A program made the position numbers and the translations under genes. Positions 62,742 through 64,000 of a stretch of DNA of 64,000 bases are shown one piece after another. The stretch spans positions 133,984 to 197,983 of the forward strand of contig JAWXAT010000047.1 of assembly GCA_034439615.1 (NCBI GenBank), written 5' to 3'. Numbering within the stretch: the stretch's first letter is position 1; every line of letters begins with the position of its first letter. Below the pieces are notes generated by a model. That model saw only the letters and a program-made list of their open reading frames with translations. It ran no database searches and was not told the DNA's origin. The DNA is from Oligoflexia bacterium (GTDB lineage: Bacteria > Bdellovibrionota > Bdellovibrionia > JABDDW01).

Positions 62742-64000
62742 GCCATCAACGGATTTTCATCAAAAAAGTTCATAGGTTTTAAAGTAAAACCAGTTTTATG
62801 CACATTCATGATTGGCCATTCTTCAGGACGAGGAACATGGGTGACGCCAAAAGTGTACCACATGACAACATCTTGCTCTTCGAGTGATTCATTATTGGCT
62901 ATGTATTTTGGCAGACCTTCGCCCGCAGGAGCTGTGGTCGGATACAAAGCTGCCCCACTGGTTTCATCATCTTTATAAACAGTAAACCACATCGGATGCT
63001 CGATAAAGCGCGCACGAAGGCGAATTTGATTACTCGGATCTAAATAGGGCACGGCCGATTCACCAGGCACGATCGCGTATCCGCGAGGATGTCTTATTTT
63101 ATTTCTCGAATTATAATTCAACACCTTCCATTTACGTGCTGTTGCAGGTGATAAATCACGCACTGCTGATTTTTCAGTTTTTAAAATAGTGTTATGTGCT
63201 TCAAAGGCGTTTCCATTTTCATTTAATTTTGATTTTGCAAGTTTCACAACATTATTTTCTGCTGCTGAATTTCCTAAGGCACCATCAATATCAAAATCAA
63301 TTCTGAAATTAAAAAAATGCTGATGAAGTGGAGCTAAAATGTTTTTTTCAACTAATGGCAGACATCCCTTCGTACACGGATTGGTTTGAACAGAAGAACC
63401 TTTCGCTAGTAAAATGCCCGTGAGAAGTGCTTCAACTTGAATGCTACCATCCATATGAAAAATATAATTAATACCGTAATCATAGTTTCCAATGGTGGTC
63501 ATGAACGTCATGACTAATTCTTGTCCACGCCTCATATCGACTTCGCCATTTTCAGCATTGCGATGTTTCCACAAAATCCCTGTGTCTCGCTCGTAAACGG
63601 CAATGCCTTTAAAGACACTAGGCTTCCCACCGAGATCGTCGGGTATCACGACATCAAGTAAAAGTGCATGACTTGGTACATCTTTTCCTGATTCAAGTGA
63701 GTGAAGTGTTTTACCGATGCCATACTCACCAACATCAAATGCATTTCTAAACGACCATGTTTTTTCTGGAGAAGCATACGGAACCAACATTTCTGACAGC
63801 GCAATTTTATAAAGCAGCGTTCGATCTGTATCAGTTTCACGATAGCGAACGTGATAAATCTGTAAACCCTGAAGTGGATCCATGTTGTAGCGAAATTTCC
63901 AACGATACCACGCAATTTCTTGACCAGAAATTTTAATCGACGAACCTTTTGGCAATGTGGTTACGAGTGGCTTTAATGGCTCCACCGAAACTTTAGAATC
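62735..64000 (-). CDS. tynA: copper-containing (topaquinone) primary amine oxidase, C-terminal catalytic domain; N-terminus beyond window end
   Basis: It has the TPQ consensus TIGNYDY, Cu ligands in LHQHFFNFRIDFDIDG and WYTFGVTHVPRPEEWPIM. The frame stays open to base 64000. Confidence 0.9.
   Translation of the reverse strand, partial: DSKVSVEPLKPLVTTLPKGSSIKISGQEIAWYRWKFRYNMDPLQGLQIYHVRYRETDTDRTLLYKIALSEMLVPYASPEKTWSFRNAFDVGEYGIGKTLHSLESGKDVPSHALLLDVVIPDDLGGKPSVFKGIAVYERDTGILWKHRNAENGEVDMRRGQELVMTFMTTIGNYDYGINYIFHMDGSIQVEALLTGILLAKGSSVQTNPCTKGCLPLVEKNILAPLHQHFFNFRIDFDIDGALGNSAAENNVVKLAKSKLNENGNAFEAHNTILKTEKSAVRDLSPATARKWKVLNYNSRNKIRHPRGYAIVPGESAVPYLDPSNQIRLRARFIEHPMWFTVYKDDETSGAALYPTTAPAGEGLPKYIANNESLEEQDVVMWYTFGVTHVPRPEEWPIMNVHKTGFTLKPMNFFDENPLMAQ

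Noticed and set aside
1-64000. Scan for CRISPR arrays, rRNA, tRNA, tmRNA/SRP/RNase P-like conserved boxes and large IS elements.
   Set aside because: I saw no regularly spaced direct repeats, no GTTCGAAT-type T-arm in a cloverleaf context and no long non-coding GC-rich blocks by eye. A proper tRNAscan/Infernal run would be needed to be certain.

Overview
AT-rich, gene-dense bacterial chromosome segment with about 70 protein-coding genes. I recognised no rRNA, tRNA or CRISPR array by eye. The gene content includes three short 277-aa flagellin paralogs, a Bacillus-type sdhCAB operon, many signal-peptide hypotheticals and cell-wall-modifying enzymes. This pattern suggests a Bdellovibrio-like or Bacteriovoracaceae-like organism, but that is inference only. 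Layout: (i) 1-14.4 kb is a late-flagellar locus. It holds fliD-fliS plus a chaperone-like gene, three flagellins each with a sigma28-type promoter, flaG, a Tat-exported FAD oxidase wedged between two flagellins, and a tightly coupled operon of a TPR protein, a Maf-N-like protein and two unusually long GT9 glycosyltransferases. (ii) 14.4-16.6 kb is a small accessory islet with a RAYT/IS200-like Y1 transposase, an HNH endonuclease and a hypothetical gene. (iii) 16.7-30.5 kb is housekeeping and envelope genes: meaB, an MltA/3D-NodB deacetylase fusion plus a GNAT, hldC-like, rsmE, prmA, glmS, glmU and an MpaA-like peptidase. (iv) 30.5-37.2 kb holds a histidine kinase and an NtrC-type regulator next to a sigma54 promoter that drives a secreted protein and a persulfide-dioxygenase-rhodanese fusion, with DoxX adjacent. 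(v) 37-49 kb holds purD, thiolase/SDR/glutaryl-CoA dehydrogenase genes, a divergent pair of secreted proteins (one protein-glutaminase-like), a zinc-ribbon protein, csp and valS. (vi) 49-64 kb holds sdhCAB flanked by two GT-C-like membrane proteins, a stand-alone E2-type acyltransferase, a five-gene thioredoxin/DUF3570/DUF4266 operon, a HEAT-repeat protein and a truncated copper amine oxidase. My best candidate for an undescribed system is the GT9-based operon behind fliD-fliS, which may glycosylate flagellin. Secondary candidates are the non-coding elements of the flagellin locus, the secreted deamidase-like pair, the MltA-NodB fusion and the thioredoxin/DUF3570/DUF4266 operon. All functional calls rest on motif recognition from the translations; no database search was run.
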